From the NCBI GenBank assembly GCA_963711565.1, contig CAVQEQ010000003.1, forward strand, positions 608,001-672,000: DNA of 64,000 bases, given 5' to 3'. Shown here piece after piece: positions 18,121 to 28,013 of the stretch (position 1 is the first letter of the stretch; each line of letters starts with the position of its first letter). A program made the translations under genes and the position numbers. Below the pieces are notes generated by a model. That model worked only from the letters and a program-made list of their open reading frames with translations, was not told the DNA's origin and ran no database searches. The stretch is from an uncultured delta proteobacterium (GTDB lineage Bacteria; Desulfobacterota; Binatia; Binatales; Binataceae).

Positions 18121-19854
18121 ATGGCTGTTAGTAAAGCCCTGATGTCGAAGCCACGCCGGATTCAATTTTTCGCCGCCTATTCGCGCCCGACGGCCGTCGC
18201 GCTCGCATTCGCAGTCACATTGTTCCTCGCGACGCGTTCCGATGCGGACGCCGTGGCGCCCGACACTTCCGCGGCAGGTGTCCACGGGATGGTGGTGTCG
18301 GAAAGCGAGGATGCCGCGCGCGCCGGTGCCGAGATCCTCAAGCGCGGCGGCAACGCGATCGACGCGGCGCTGGCTACGGAGTTGGCGGTGGGCGTTACCA
18401 ATCCTGCGGCGTGCGGAATCGGCGGCGGCGGCTTCATGCTGATCTACATCGCGAAGACACATGCCTTCTACGCGCTCGACTATCGCGAGACCGCGCCGCT
18501 CCAGGCCCGTCCCGACATGTACATGCAGGCTGGCAAGCCGAACGAGGATTTGGCGCGCGACGGAGTTCTTGGGGTGGCAGTGCCGGGCGAGATCGCGGGC
18601 ATCGACGCGGCGCTCAGGCGCTTCGGCACGATGAAGTTTCAGCAGATCGCGGCGCAGGCCGAGAAATTAGCCGGCGACGGTTACCTCGCGAGTCCGCATC
18701 TGGCCGGCGAAATCGCACAGCTCGCGCCGAAACTCAAAAACGATCCCGGACTCAGCCAGGTATTTCTTAAACCCGACGGCTCGACGCCAAAGGCCGGCAA
18801 CTTGATCGTCGCAAAGAATCTCGCCGCGACGCTGAAGAGTCTGGGCGACGATCCGGTCACGAGTTTCTATCACGGCGAAGTCGCAGCCGCGCTCGTCGCG
18901 TTCATGAAGGCGCACGGCGGACTCATCAGCAGCATCGACCTCGCCAACTATCGTCCCGACTGGCGCGATCCGATTAGCCACCGCTACGAGGACTACGAAG
19001 TCTATGCGATGCCGCCGCCGTCGTCGGGCGGCGTGGTGCTCGAGATGCTCGGCGCGCTCGACTCGGGGCATCTCGCCGGACTCGGGGTCAACTCGCCGCC
19101 GTACCTCGCGCGCCTGATCGAAGTGATGCGCCAGGGTTTTATCGATCGCGAGCAATACGCCGATCCGGCGTTCGTCGGCGTGCAAATTCAGAAGCTCTTG
19201 ACGGACGAGAATATCCAGCAACTGCGCGAGCGCGCGCTGCATCCGAAGTCGGCGCCGTCGCCGGCGGCCGCGGCGCACGATCATGGCACTACGAATCTGC
19301 TGGTCGCGGACAAGGACGGCGATGTCGTCGCGATCACTACCACTATCAACACCGTGTTCGGCGCCAAGCTGAGCGTGCCCGCACTCGGCATCATCCTGAA
19401 CGACGAGATGGACGATTTCGCCGTCGCGCCGGGAGTACCGAATGCGTACCACCTCGAAGGCGAGCGCGCCAACGAAGTACGGGGCGGCAAGCGCCCGCTG
19501 TCGTCGATGACGCCGATAATCGTGACGAAGAACGGCGCGCCGGTGATGACGGCTGGCGGCTCCGGCGGCCCGACGATCATCAGCGGAGTGTTGCAGGTCG
19601 CGCTCAACATTCTCGCGTTCCATCTCGACGCAACCAGCGCCGTCGCAGAGCCGCGAATTCACGAGCAGGCCGCCCCGGACGTCGTGATCGTCGAAGAGGC
19701 GATGCCCGCGGCGACGCGCAGCGCGCTCGAGCAGATGGGCTACAAGCTCAAGGTCGTGCCGAATCTCGGCGCCGTCGGCGCGATCACGATTGCGCCGGGG
19801 AATTTCCGCGGCGCGGCCGATCCGCGCAAAGGCGGCGGCGCCGTCGGCTATTAG
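18121..19854 (+). CDS. ggt: Gamma-glutamyltransferase (secreted precursor)
   Basis: GGNAIDAA, GIGGGGF, LDYRETAP, PPPSSGG, HGTT nucleophile, KRPLSSMTP, GGSGG; start could be 18142. Confidence 0.94.
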   Translation: MAVSKALMSKPRRIQFFAAYSRPTAVALAFAVTLFLATRSDADAVAPDTSAAGVHGMVVSESEDAARAGAEILKRGGNAIDAALATELAVGVTNPAACGIGGGGFMLIYIAKTHAFYALDYRETAPLQARPDMYMQAGKPNEDLARDGVLGVAVPGEIAGIDAALRRFGTMKFQQIAAQAEKLAGDGYLASPHLAGEIAQLAPKLKNDPGLSQVFLKPDGSTPKAGNLIVAKNLAATLKSLGDDPVTSFYHGEVAAALVAFMKAHGGLISSIDLANYRPDWRDPISHRYEDYEVYAMPPPSSGGVVLEMLGALDSGHLAGLGVNSPPYLARLIEVMRQGFIDREQYADPAFVGVQIQKLLTDENIQQLRERALHPKSAPSPAAAAHDHGTTNLLVADKDGDVVAITTTINTVFGAKLSVPALGIILNDEMDDFAVAPGVPNAYHLEGERANEVRGGKRPLSSMTPIIVTKNGAPVMTAGGSGGPTIISGVLQVALNILAFHLDATSAVAEPRIHEQAAPDVVIVEEAMPAATRSALEQMGYKLKVVPNLGAVGAITIAPGNFRGAADPRKGGGAVGY

Positions 19855-19885
19855 CGATCGCACCGGCACGTTAGACTCAACTCTC

Positions 19886-21619
19886 GTGTCCGGGACCGCT
19901 CGCAACGAAATCGCTTCGCCGGCCTTCGCCGCGCCGCCGGCCGCAACCCCGCTTGCGTACGATGTCGCAGCGATCGTGGCGTTGTCGCTCGCAGTCTGCA
20001 TGTTTCATCTCGGATCATTCGGTCTGTGGGAGCCGGACGAGGCGCGCTACGCAGAGATTGCGCGCGAGATGCTGCAGAGCGGCAACATTCTCGTGCCGCA
20101 TCTCAACTACGTCGCCTACGTCGAGAAACCGCCGCTGCTCTACTGGCTGACCACGCTCTCCTTCTGGATATTCGGGGTCTCGGAATTTGCGGCGCGGCTG
20201 CCGGTCGCGCTGTCCGCAATCGCCGGGATACTCGCGACGTACTTGTTCGCGCTGCGCGCGTTCGGCCGCCGTCACGCGATACTCGCGGCCGCGATCCTCG
20301 CGACGACGCCGCTGTATGCGTTGATGGCGCAAGTGCTCACCACCGACATGACGCTCACCGCCCTCGTAACGATCGCGACCTTCGCGCTCTACTTGCATTG
20401 GCAGGAAGGTGGGCGCTGGTGCTGGATCGCATACGTGGCGATGGGGTTGGCGGTGATGACCAAAGGGCCGGTCGGTGCGGCGTTGCCGATTCTGTCGATG
20501 CTGATTTGGCTGGCGCTGAAGCGTGAACTGCGCGGCGCGGTCGCAAAATTCCGCACGATACCGGGCCTCCTGCTTACGACTCTGATTGCGGCGCCGTGGT
20601 TTGTGATGATGACGATGCGCGAACCGGGCTTCGCCGACTTCTACTTTATCGGCGAGCACATTCGACGCGCGTTCGAGACCGAGTACAGCCACAGCGAAGC
20701 GTTCTACTTTTATCTCCCGGTGCTCGCGATCGGTCTGCTGCCATGGACGTTGCTGGTGCCGCTCCTCACCTGGCGCGAAGCCGCGCGCAAGCCGGCGCGA
20801 AGTTTCTGCCTCGTCGCCGCGGGCGTGACGGTAATCGCATTCTCGTGCGCGAGCGCGAAGCTGATCCCGTATATCCTGCCCGCGGTCCCGCCGCTGGCTG
20901 TGCTGATCGCCGACGGGCTCGTGGCATGCGCGTGGCCGTCCGCAGAATCCCGTGCCGCGCGGCGACCGCCGGATTCCCGGATACTGGTCGAGAGCGGGCC
21001 GATGCTGGCGCTGTTGGGCATCGGCGTGATCGTCGCGGCGATAGCGGCGCCGCAATTTCGCACTCCGTACGTGATGGCGGCGCGGCCCGCGCTGTATGCG
21101 ATCGGCGCGATCCTGCTGGCGGGCGGCGTGGTCACGACGTTGATGTTCGTCGCGCGGCGCACCGCTGCGGGACTTGGGGCGATCGTAGTGACGCTCGCGC
21201 TCGCGTTGATTGCGGGCGGGTGGGCGCGACTCGAGACCGAGCCGATGCGTTCGTATGCAGCGCTCAGCCGCGCGATCGCCGAGAAGGCCCCCGACGCCGA
21301 TATCATCTGTTACCATCGCTACGTTCAGTCGCTACCGTTTTACAATCGCAAGCGCGTCGTGCTGCTCGGCGGCCGTACTGAACTCGATTTCGGATCGCAT
21401 CTCGATCCGGACGCGCGCGAATGGTTCATGAACAACGACGATCAGATGTTTCGGCGATGGGAGCAGCCGGGACCCGTCGTGATCGTGCTCGACGCCATAG
21501 ATCTCGCGCGAATGAGGGAGCGCTTCGGCGAGTTCGACGTGATCGCAGTCGAAGGAAAGAAGCGCGCAATTATCCGACGTGAACGAATCTCGCGCCGTGA
21601 GCCAATCACCCTCAACTGA
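19886..21619 (+). CDS. ArnT/PMT-like GT-C glycosyltransferase (GT83/GT39 family)
   Basis: LWEPDEARYAEIAREM, YVEKPPLLYW, MTKGP, KLIPYILP; start (GTG 19886) uncertain. Confidence 0.88.
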   Translation: MSGTARNEIASPAFAAPPAATPLAYDVAAIVALSLAVCMFHLGSFGLWEPDEARYAEIAREMLQSGNILVPHLNYVAYVEKPPLLYWLTTLSFWIFGVSEFAARLPVALSAIAGILATYLFALRAFGRRHAILAAAILATTPLYALMAQVLTTDMTLTALVTIATFALYLHWQEGGRWCWIAYVAMGLAVMTKGPVGAALPILSMLIWLALKRELRGAVAKFRTIPGLLLTTLIAAPWFVMMTMREPGFADFYFIGEHIRRAFETEYSHSEAFYFYLPVLAIGLLPWTLLVPLLTWREAARKPARSFCLVAAGVTVIAFSCASAKLIPYILPAVPPLAVLIADGLVACAWPSAESRAARRPPDSRILVESGPMLALLGIGVIVAAIAAPQFRTPYVMAARPALYAIGAILLAGGVVTTLMFVARRTAAGLGAIVVTLALALIAGGWARLETEPMRSYAALSRAIAEKAPDADIICYHRYVQSLPFYNRKRVVLLGGRTELDFGSHLDPDAREWFMNNDDQMFRRWEQPGPVVIVLDAIDLARMRERFGEFDVIAVEGKKRAIIRRERISRREPITLN

Positions 21620-22550
21620 ACAGGGCGCACCGGCGCATCCGTATCGCGCGTTTGCGATGCGCGCGGGATTGGGAGTGACGGTGATCGCCATCCTGTTGTG
21701 GCGTTACGATGCGCGGCCGATTTTTCGAATCCTCGGCCGCGAGCGTGCCGCCTATTTTGGCGCGGTCGTAGTGCTTTACGTCGCGGGGCAGGCGATGTGC
21801 GCGTATCGATGGCAACTGCTCGCCGCGCTGCTGAAAGTGCACGGGCGATATAGTGAGTTCCTCGCGTACACCTTCGTCGGGATGTTCACGAACCTGTTCG
21901 TGCCGGGATTGATCGGCGGCGATACGGCGCGATCGATCTATCTCGGACGACGCTACGGCAGAATGGGCGAGGCAATCGCGTCGGTGGTTGCCGATCGCGG
22001 CGTGGGATTGATCGGCTTGTTCTGGCTGGCGGCCTTTGCCGCGGTATTTCTAAATTTCGCGCCGATTCCATCGTCGGTCATCACGCCGACAATCGCGGTC
22101 GGTGCGATTACGTTCGCCGGATTTCTTGCGGCGCCGCTCGTCGCGCGGCTGATACATCTGATGCCGCGGCCTATCCGCCGCGCGGGCGGAATCGTCACGC
22201 CGTATCTGCATCATCCTGCGACGCTGATCCCGGCAATCGCGCTGTCGATCATGCTGCAGCTCATGTTGGCCGCGGGCCAGTACCTGCTAGCGGTGGGTCT
22301 AGGACTAACAGTACCGCTCTCGCTGTTTATTCTTTGCGTTCCTATCGCGAACGTGTTTGCTAGTCTGCCGGTGACGTTGAATGGCTTAGGAATTCGCGAA
22401 TCGGCCTACCTGGTGCTGTTCGGGATGGCGGGAATGCGAAAGGAGGACGCGATTGCACTGGGACTGTTGTGGTTTACGGCCACAATGTTGGGTGGGCTGA
22501 CGGGTGCGATCGCGTTCGTGACTACTCCCGCACCGATGTTGGAAGGGTAA
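21579..22550 (+). CDS. Lysylphosphatidylglycerol synthase-like TM / flippase-like protein (UPF0104)
   Basis: AYRWQLL, NLFVPGLIGGD..R, SVVADR, LPVTLNGLGIRE; start 21579 or 21597. Confidence 0.85.
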   Translation: MNESRAVSQSPSTEQGAPAHPYRAFAMRAGLGVTVIAILLWRYDARPIFRILGRERAAYFGAVVVLYVAGQAMCAYRWQLLAALLKVHGRYSEFLAYTFVGMFTNLFVPGLIGGDTARSIYLGRRYGRMGEAIASVVADRGVGLIGLFWLAAFAAVFLNFAPIPSSVITPTIAVGAITFAGFLAAPLVARLIHLMPRPIRRAGGIVTPYLHHPATLIPAIALSIMLQLMLAAGQYLLAVGLGLTVPLSLFILCVPIANVFASLPVTLNGLGIRESAYLVLFGMAGMRKEDAIALGLLWFTATMLGGLTGAIAFVTTPAPMLEG

Positions 22551-22560
22551 TCCGGCTTCT

Positions 22561-23559
22561 CTAATGCGTGGGAATTGGCGATAGGACTAAGTGGCCGGTA
22601 GCTAAGTCGTGTTCGACTTTGCGGGCGCGTTCAAGGGCGGATGCGGGGATGCGCGACTCCAGTTTGGGGTTGAAGACTACGCTAACCATCCCGTCCTGCA
22701 TTCCAAATTCCAGCATCCCGGTGTGAAAGGTTTTGTTTTTGACTTCGGTTGCTATTTTCAGGAAGGCTAGCGGCGTCGAGGTCACGGCGCTCGCCAGGAC
22801 AACGTCGGGGGCGACGGTGTTCTGGTTCGTGAATACGCCGAAGGCGTAGGCGTGGCCTTGCTCGGCGGCCAGGAAGACGCCGAGGCCGGCGGCGTCGGCA
22901 TTGTGGATGAGCACGTCGGCGCCTTGGCCGATCTGAGCCAGCGCGGCCTCCTTGGCCGCGCCGACATCGTCGAAATTGCCTGTATAGCTGATGAGAATGC
23001 GGCCTTTAGGATTCTCCGCGAGAAAGCCTCGCTTGAAGCCCTCGAAGAACAATTTGATCGAAGGTAGTTCTATTCCACCCACAGCGCCTACTACTCCTGT
23101 CTTCGAGACGCGTGCGGCGAGCACGCCTTCTACATAGGTCGCTTGATCGACATTGAAGGTGATAGACGCGACATTTGCGGACGACTCACTACCCGAGCTG
23201 ACGACGAAGTAGGTGTTGGGGAAACTGCGCGCGACTTCGAGCGCCGAATCGGTGTACTCGAAGCCGTGAGCAAAGATCAGATCGAAGCCGCGCGACGCGA
23301 AGTCGCGAAAGGCGTCGTCGAAGTCGGCGGGCGACTTGGTCTGCACCAAAGCGGTGTCGGCGCCGAGCCTGTCCTTGATAAGTTCGAGGCCTTCATAAGC
23401 GGCCGCGTTCCAGCCGGCGTCGCTTACAGGTCCGGGGGTGAGGAGCGCGACCTTGAAGGCATTGGATGCGGGCTTAGCCTCAGTCGAAGGATTGGACGTG
23501 CATGCTGCCAGGACACATACCTGTAGAAGGATGAAAGCTATGCTCAACAATTTCCGCAC
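22561..23559 (-). CDS. BMP family substrate-binding lipoprotein
   Basis: Lipobox LAAC; PGPVSDAGWNAAAYEGL, LIFAHGFEY, GADVL. Confidence 0.9.
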   Translation of the reverse strand: MRKLLSIAFILLQVCVLAACTSNPSTEAKPASNAFKVALLTPGPVSDAGWNAAAYEGLELIKDRLGADTALVQTKSPADFDDAFRDFASRGFDLIFAHGFEYTDSALEVARSFPNTYFVVSSGSESSANVASITFNVDQATYVEGVLAARVSKTGVVGAVGGIELPSIKLFFEGFKRGFLAENPKGRILISYTGNFDDVGAAKEAALAQIGQGADVLIHNADAAGLGVFLAAEQGHAYAFGVFTNQNTVAPDVVLASAVTSTPLAFLKIATEVKNKTFHTGMLEFGMQDGMVSVVFNPKLESRIPASALERARKVEHDLATGHLVLSPIPTH

Positions 23560-23566
23560 TGGATAA

Positions 23567-24214
23567 CTATCCGAGATAAATCGTGCGATCCAGGACGCCG
23601 GCCTTATGAAAGGCCTGCTGGCGCTCGCAGCATTTGTTGCATTGCCCGCAGTGCTGACCGCCCTTCGGAGCCATGCAGGTCAGGGTCAACTCGAGTGGTA
23701 AGTCTTTGAACTCCTTGATTAGGTCCTCCTTGTGGAATCCACTAAGGGGCGCCTCGATGAGCACGTCGTGCCTTAGTCCCATGCTGAGGGCGCGGGCGAA
23801 GCTCGCAAAGAACTCGGGGGTGGCATCGGGAAAGGGATTGCTCCCCAGCGAGCCGATCGCGATGCGTGAAACGCCGTGCGTGCTGCCCCAGATAGCGGCC
23901 AGCGAAATGAGTAGAATGTTGCGGCCCGGCAGGTAGGTGTTCTCGTCGGGCTCGTCGGCGGCGGGAACGCGCGCGCCGGACACGCTCCAGTGGTCGCCGT
24001 ACAAGACGGCAATGGGAGCGGAGAGGACGGTTGTCGGCATCACGTGACGACTGTTGAGCGCGTCGAGGAAGGATTGCAGAAATTGAAGCTCGATTTCTTC
24101 CCATGCGAAACCGCATCGCACGTAGATGGGATACACTTGGGCATCGGTCGCCGACTTTGCGATCAGGACTGAGCTGTCCAGGCCACCGCTGGCCAGTACT
24201 GATATTTTTTCCAC
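23567..24214 (-). CDS. queC: QueC-like (7-cyano-7-deazaguanine synthase family) PP-loop ATPase
   Basis: SGGLDS PP-loop, YLPGRN, C-terminal TC-x7-CGQCNKC Zn motif; GTG start 24214. Divergent from canonical QueC. Confidence 0.75.
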   Translation of the reverse strand: MEKISVLASGGLDSSVLIAKSATDAQVYPIYVRCGFAWEEIELQFLQSFLDALNSRHVMPTTVLSAPIAVLYGDHWSVSGARVPAADEPDENTYLPGRNILLISLAAIWGSTHGVSRIAIGSLGSNPFPDATPEFFASFARALSMGLRHDVLIEAPLSGFHKEDLIKEFKDLPLELTLTCMAPKGGQHCGQCNKCCERQQAFHKAGVLDRTIYLG

Positions 24215-24340
24215 GCTGACTGTTTCTCCGTTCGCGCAAGAACGTAGCACCATTGAAAGAGGTGGGGCCACTGGATGGTAGAGACTCGACGCGTTACCTT
24301 CAACTATCAACTGACGCGCACCGCGTGAGAGGGAAATGAG

Positions 24341-25102
24341 ATGGCATCGCAAGGCTCCGCCTGGTACGTGGATTTTTTTCGCAGCGACTACCTCAATGTG
24401 TACGGCCACATGTTCACCGAAGAGCGCGCCGAAAAAGAGAGTGCCTTCGTTGCGAGCGCGCTCGGCTTGAAGGCGGGCGCGTCGGTGCTCGATCTGTGCT
24501 GCGGCCAGGGGCGGCATTCGATCCAACTGGCGAAACGCGGATTACGCGTAACAAGTCTCGATCTGAATGCGGGGTACCTGGAACTCGCGAAGCAGGCGGC
24601 CGCGACGGCCAAGGTCGAGATTGAGACGGTTGCAGCCGACATGCGCGAGCTACCGTCCGAGGACAAGTTCGACGCAATCGTGAATATGTATTCGTCATTC
24701 GGATACCTGGAGTCCGAGGCCGAAGATTTGAAGGTGCTCGAATCGGCGGCCAAGGCTCTGAAAGCGGGCGGACAGCTGCTGCTCGACATGCTGAATCGCG
24801 AGTGGGCGATCGACAATTATATTCAGAACGACTGGCATACGGGCGCAGATGGCACTTTGTACGTCGAGCGGCGCGACCTCGATCTCGCGACGAGCCGGAT
24901 GCATGTGCATTTTATCGTCGTGGATTCCAAAGGCGGGCGTCGAGAGTCGATTGGGCATAACATCCGGCTCTACACATTGACGGAGATGACGCGGCTGCTG
25001 GAGCGCGTTGGTATCCGCGTGACGTTGGTGGTCGGAGGATTTGACAGCGAGGATTATGGGATTGTTACGCGGCGAATGATAATCGTTGGGCGGAAAATCT
25101 AA
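24341..25102 (+). CDS. Class I SAM-dependent methyltransferase
   Basis: VLDLCCGQGRH, ADMRELP, FDAIVNMYSSFGY. Confidence 0.92.
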   Translation: MASQGSAWYVDFFRSDYLNVYGHMFTEERAEKESAFVASALGLKAGASVLDLCCGQGRHSIQLAKRGLRVTSLDLNAGYLELAKQAAATAKVEIETVAADMRELPSEDKFDAIVNMYSSFGYLESEAEDLKVLESAAKALKAGGQLLLDMLNREWAIDNYIQNDWHTGADGTLYVERRDLDLATSRMHVHFIVVDSKGGRRESIGHNIRLYTLTEMTRLLERVGIRVTLVVGGFDSEDYGIVTRRMIIVGRKI

Positions 25103-25227
25103 CCGCAAAGCCATTCCCACGCGCGGGACGGGGAAGCCGGTCGCGGACGGAAAAGCCCCGAAAATGCGCGGTTTTGTGGTTCGAGCGAACAGAGATCGTG
25201 GGGAAGCGGGTATTAGTATCCGCGTTC

Positions 25228-25256
25228 TTGCCTTCGGTGGTCGCGGTTTGTATAGT
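25228..25256 (+). promoter_or_regulatory. Putative sigma70 promoter for hpnJ-hpnI operon
   Basis: TTGCCT-N17-TATAGT about 50 bp upstream of hpnJ; imperfect palindrome GCGGGTATTAGTATCCGC (25206-25223) just upstream. Confidence 0.55.
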
Positions 25257-25307
25257 CGCTGACTAACCAATCGGACAGGGCTGGGGTATGCTTGAAAAAT
25301 GGATGTA

Positions 25308-26750
25308 ATGAAGACGCTTTTCCTGAATCCGCCGTCGTACGATGACTTTGACGGGGGTGCTGGTTCACGCTACCAGGCGACGCGCGAAGTCTGGTCGTTC
25401 TGGTATCCAACGTGGCTGGCTTATCCGGCGGGTATGATCCCCGGCGCGCGCCTGCTCGACGCGCCTCCCCACAATTACACCGTCGAGATGACGATCAACG
25501 AGGCGAAGAACTACGACCTGGTCGTGATTCACACCTCGACACCGTCGATCCGAATGGACACGCGCACGGCGGAAGCGATCAAGGCGGCGAATCCGAACGC
25601 GATCGTCGCGATGGTCGGAGGGCATCCGACGGCGCGGCCGGAGGAGACGCTGAAATTGTCGGCGGCGATCGATATCGCCGCGCGCAAGGAGTTCGACTAC
25701 TCGATGCTCGAAGTGGCGGAGGGGCGCGACTGGAGTACGATCGGCGGAATCAGCTGGCAGAAGAACGGCACGCAGCATCACAACCCGGATCGTCCGGCGC
25801 TGACTGACGAAGAGCTCGACAAGCTGCCGTTCGTGACCGAGGTCTATGAAAAAAATCTCGACTATCTGAAGTACAACAGTCCGTACTGTCAGTATCCGTA
25901 CGTGTCGATGTACACCGGGCGCGGATGTCCGGCGCGATGCACGTTCTGCCTGTGGCCACAGGTCACGCAGGGACATCGCTATCGCGTGCGAAGCCCGGAG
26001 AACGTGTTCGAGGAAGTGGCGGCGATGCGCTCGAAGTTCCCAAAGATGAAGGAACTGTTCTTCGACGACGACACCTTCACGGCGGACCCGGCGCGCGCGC
26101 GCAAAATCGCGCAGTTGCTGAAGCCGCTGGGGATCACGTGGTCGACGAACTCGCGCGCCAACGTCGATTACGAAACGCTGAAGATCATGAAGGAAGGCGG
26201 GCTGAGGCTGTTCGTGGTCGGCTATGAGTCGGGCAACGCGCAGATTTTGAAGAACATCAAGAAGGGCGTCGGTCTCGATCGGGCGCGGCGCTTCACCAAG
26301 GATTGCCACGAGCTCGGCATCCTGATTCACGGAACTTTTATCCTGGGGCTGCCGGGCGAGAACAAGGAGACGATCGAGGAATCGATCCGGTTCGCGCGCG
26401 AGATGGACTGCGAGACCATCCAGGTGTCGCTCGCGTCGCCGTACCCGGGCACCGAGCTGTTCGATTACGTGACCAAGAACGGATTCCTGGCGGTCGATCC
26501 GCTGCTCGACGAATCCGGCTACCAGAAGTGCACGATCACTTATCCCGGACTGAGCAACGACGAGATTTACGGCGCGGTCGAGCGCTTCTATCGCAGCTTC
26601 TACTTCCGGCCGAAGTACATCTTCAAATCGGTGAAGAAGATGATGACGTCGATGGAAGAGACCAAGCGGATGCTGAACGAGGGACGGCAGTTTCTTTCGA
26701 CGATGCGCCAGCGACGGCATCAGACGGCACAGCAGCAGGCGTCGGTCTGA
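25308..26750 (+). CDS. hpnJ: Hopanoid biosynthesis associated radical SAM protein HpnJ
   Basis: Diagnostic N-terminus MKTLFLNPPSYDDFDGGAGSRYQATRE..SFWYPTWLA; CPARCTFC (CxxxCxxC); FFDDDTF; next to hpnI. Alternative ATG 25299. Confidence 0.92.
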   Translation: MKTLFLNPPSYDDFDGGAGSRYQATREVWSFWYPTWLAYPAGMIPGARLLDAPPHNYTVEMTINEAKNYDLVVIHTSTPSIRMDTRTAEAIKAANPNAIVAMVGGHPTARPEETLKLSAAIDIAARKEFDYSMLEVAEGRDWSTIGGISWQKNGTQHHNPDRPALTDEELDKLPFVTEVYEKNLDYLKYNSPYCQYPYVSMYTGRGCPARCTFCLWPQVTQGHRYRVRSPENVFEEVAAMRSKFPKMKELFFDDDTFTADPARARKIAQLLKPLGITWSTNSRANVDYETLKIMKEGGLRLFVVGYESGNAQILKNIKKGVGLDRARRFTKDCHELGILIHGTFILGLPGENKETIEESIRFAREMDCETIQVSLASPYPGTELFDYVTKNGFLAVDPLLDESGYQKCTITYPGLSNDEIYGAVERFYRSFYFRPKYIFKSVKKMMTSMEETKRMLNEGRQFLSTMRQRRHQTAQQQASV

Positions 26751-26850
26751 CGCGATTCCGGGCGCGAGCAAGAGGCAGGCGCGAGGTCCGCGGCAGAGTG
26801 TCTGTGGCGGCATGCGTTGCGCCGGGTAGGATCGCGACGCGAATCATTCA

Positions 26851-28008
26851 ATGACGATCTGGACGGTTTTACCGGCTGCGGCCGTGTGCGTGTCGATGTT
26901 CTACTACATCGCGGCGACGGTTGCTGCGATCAGGTTTGCCAGGCGCGGGACGACTCCCCTGCCCCCGATCCCCAAGGTCCCGCCGCGCGTTGCGGTGCTG
27001 AAGCCTTTGCACGGAAGCAGCAATTCGCTGGCGGCTAACCTAGTCAGCTTCCTGGAAATCGCGTACCCGCGGATCGACTTTTATTTCGGCGTCCATAACT
27101 ACGAGGATCCGGCCGCTGAAGTTCCGGTTGCTCTTCGCCAACGCTACCAGCACGCGGGCATCACGCTGCTGGTTGGCGAAGAGCCGGACTGCAGCAATCG
27201 CAAGATCGCGAAGCTGATCAGGATGGCGGATCGCGCGGAGAAGGCCGAGATTTTCGTGCTGAGCGACGCCGACGTATCAGTCGAGCGCGACTACCTTAGG
27301 CGGATTGTCGGCGAACTGATGTCGGACGAGAAAATCGGCATCGTGACGTGCGCATACCGGGCACGCCCGGGCGGCTCAATCGCGTCGCGGCTGGAGGCGC
27401 TTTACGTCAATACCGATTTTCTGCCGCAGATTCTGCTGGCGGAAATGATCGAGCCGATGCACTACGCACTCGGCGCTACGATCGCAATCAAGCGCAAGGT
27501 ACTCGAGGCCGCGGGCGGATTCCGCGCGGTCAAGAACATGCTCGCCGACGACTTCTACCTCGGCAACTTCACCAATGCGCAAGGCTACGAGATCAAACTG
27601 TCCGATTCTCTGGTTACGTTGACCTGCGAGGAAAAAAGTTTCGCCGAATTCTGGCATCATCAACTGCGCTGGGCGCGCACCTACCGTACGGTGCGCCCGA
27701 TCAGCATCGCGACCGTCATGATGCATGGTCCGTTCTGGGCGCTGATACTGCTGGCGATGACGCGCGGAAGCGCAGCGGCCCTTGCGACTTTGGTGCTGGT
27801 CGTGGCGGCGCGGCTCGCGATGTCGGCGGCGATAGTCGGCCGCGTGCTCAAGATGCCCGAGATGCTGAGCGAACTGTGGATGGTGCCTTTCAAGGATCTG
27901 ATTATGACCGGGGTCTGGTTTGCCAGCCTCTTCAGCAACAAAGTGAAGTGGGCGGGCCGCGAGTTCAAGGTGGTTCGCGGCGGCGCGATGCGCGAAGTGA
28001 AAGGCTGA
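26851..28008 (+). CDS. hpnI: Bacteriohopanetetrol glucosamine glycosyltransferase HpnI (GT21-like)
   Basis: VLKPLHG, NRKIAKL, SDAD, LADDF, HQLRWART; directly downstream of hpnJ. Confidence 0.88.
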   Translation: MTIWTVLPAAAVCVSMFYYIAATVAAIRFARRGTTPLPPIPKVPPRVAVLKPLHGSSNSLAANLVSFLEIAYPRIDFYFGVHNYEDPAAEVPVALRQRYQHAGITLLVGEEPDCSNRKIAKLIRMADRAEKAEIFVLSDADVSVERDYLRRIVGELMSDEKIGIVTCAYRARPGGSIASRLEALYVNTDFLPQILLAEMIEPMHYALGATIAIKRKVLEAAGGFRAVKNMLADDFYLGNFTNAQGYEIKLSDSLVTLTCEEKSFAEFWHHQLRWARTYRTVRPISIATVMMHGPFWALILLAMTRGSAAALATLVLVVAARLAMSAAIVGRVLKMPEMLSELWMVPFKDLIMTGVWFASLFSNKVKWAGREFKVVRGGAMREVKG

Positions 28009-28013
28009 GCGCG

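Noticed and set aside
4540-24214. Link between the PTPS-related membrane protein and queC as a queuosine pathway
   Set aside because: The PTPS-related label describes a GT-C-like membrane family, not QueD; no T-fold motifs seen and the genes are about 15 kb apart.
26751-26850. Possible structured RNA between hpnJ and hpnI
   Set aside because: Only short imperfect GC pairings, not distinguishable from background.
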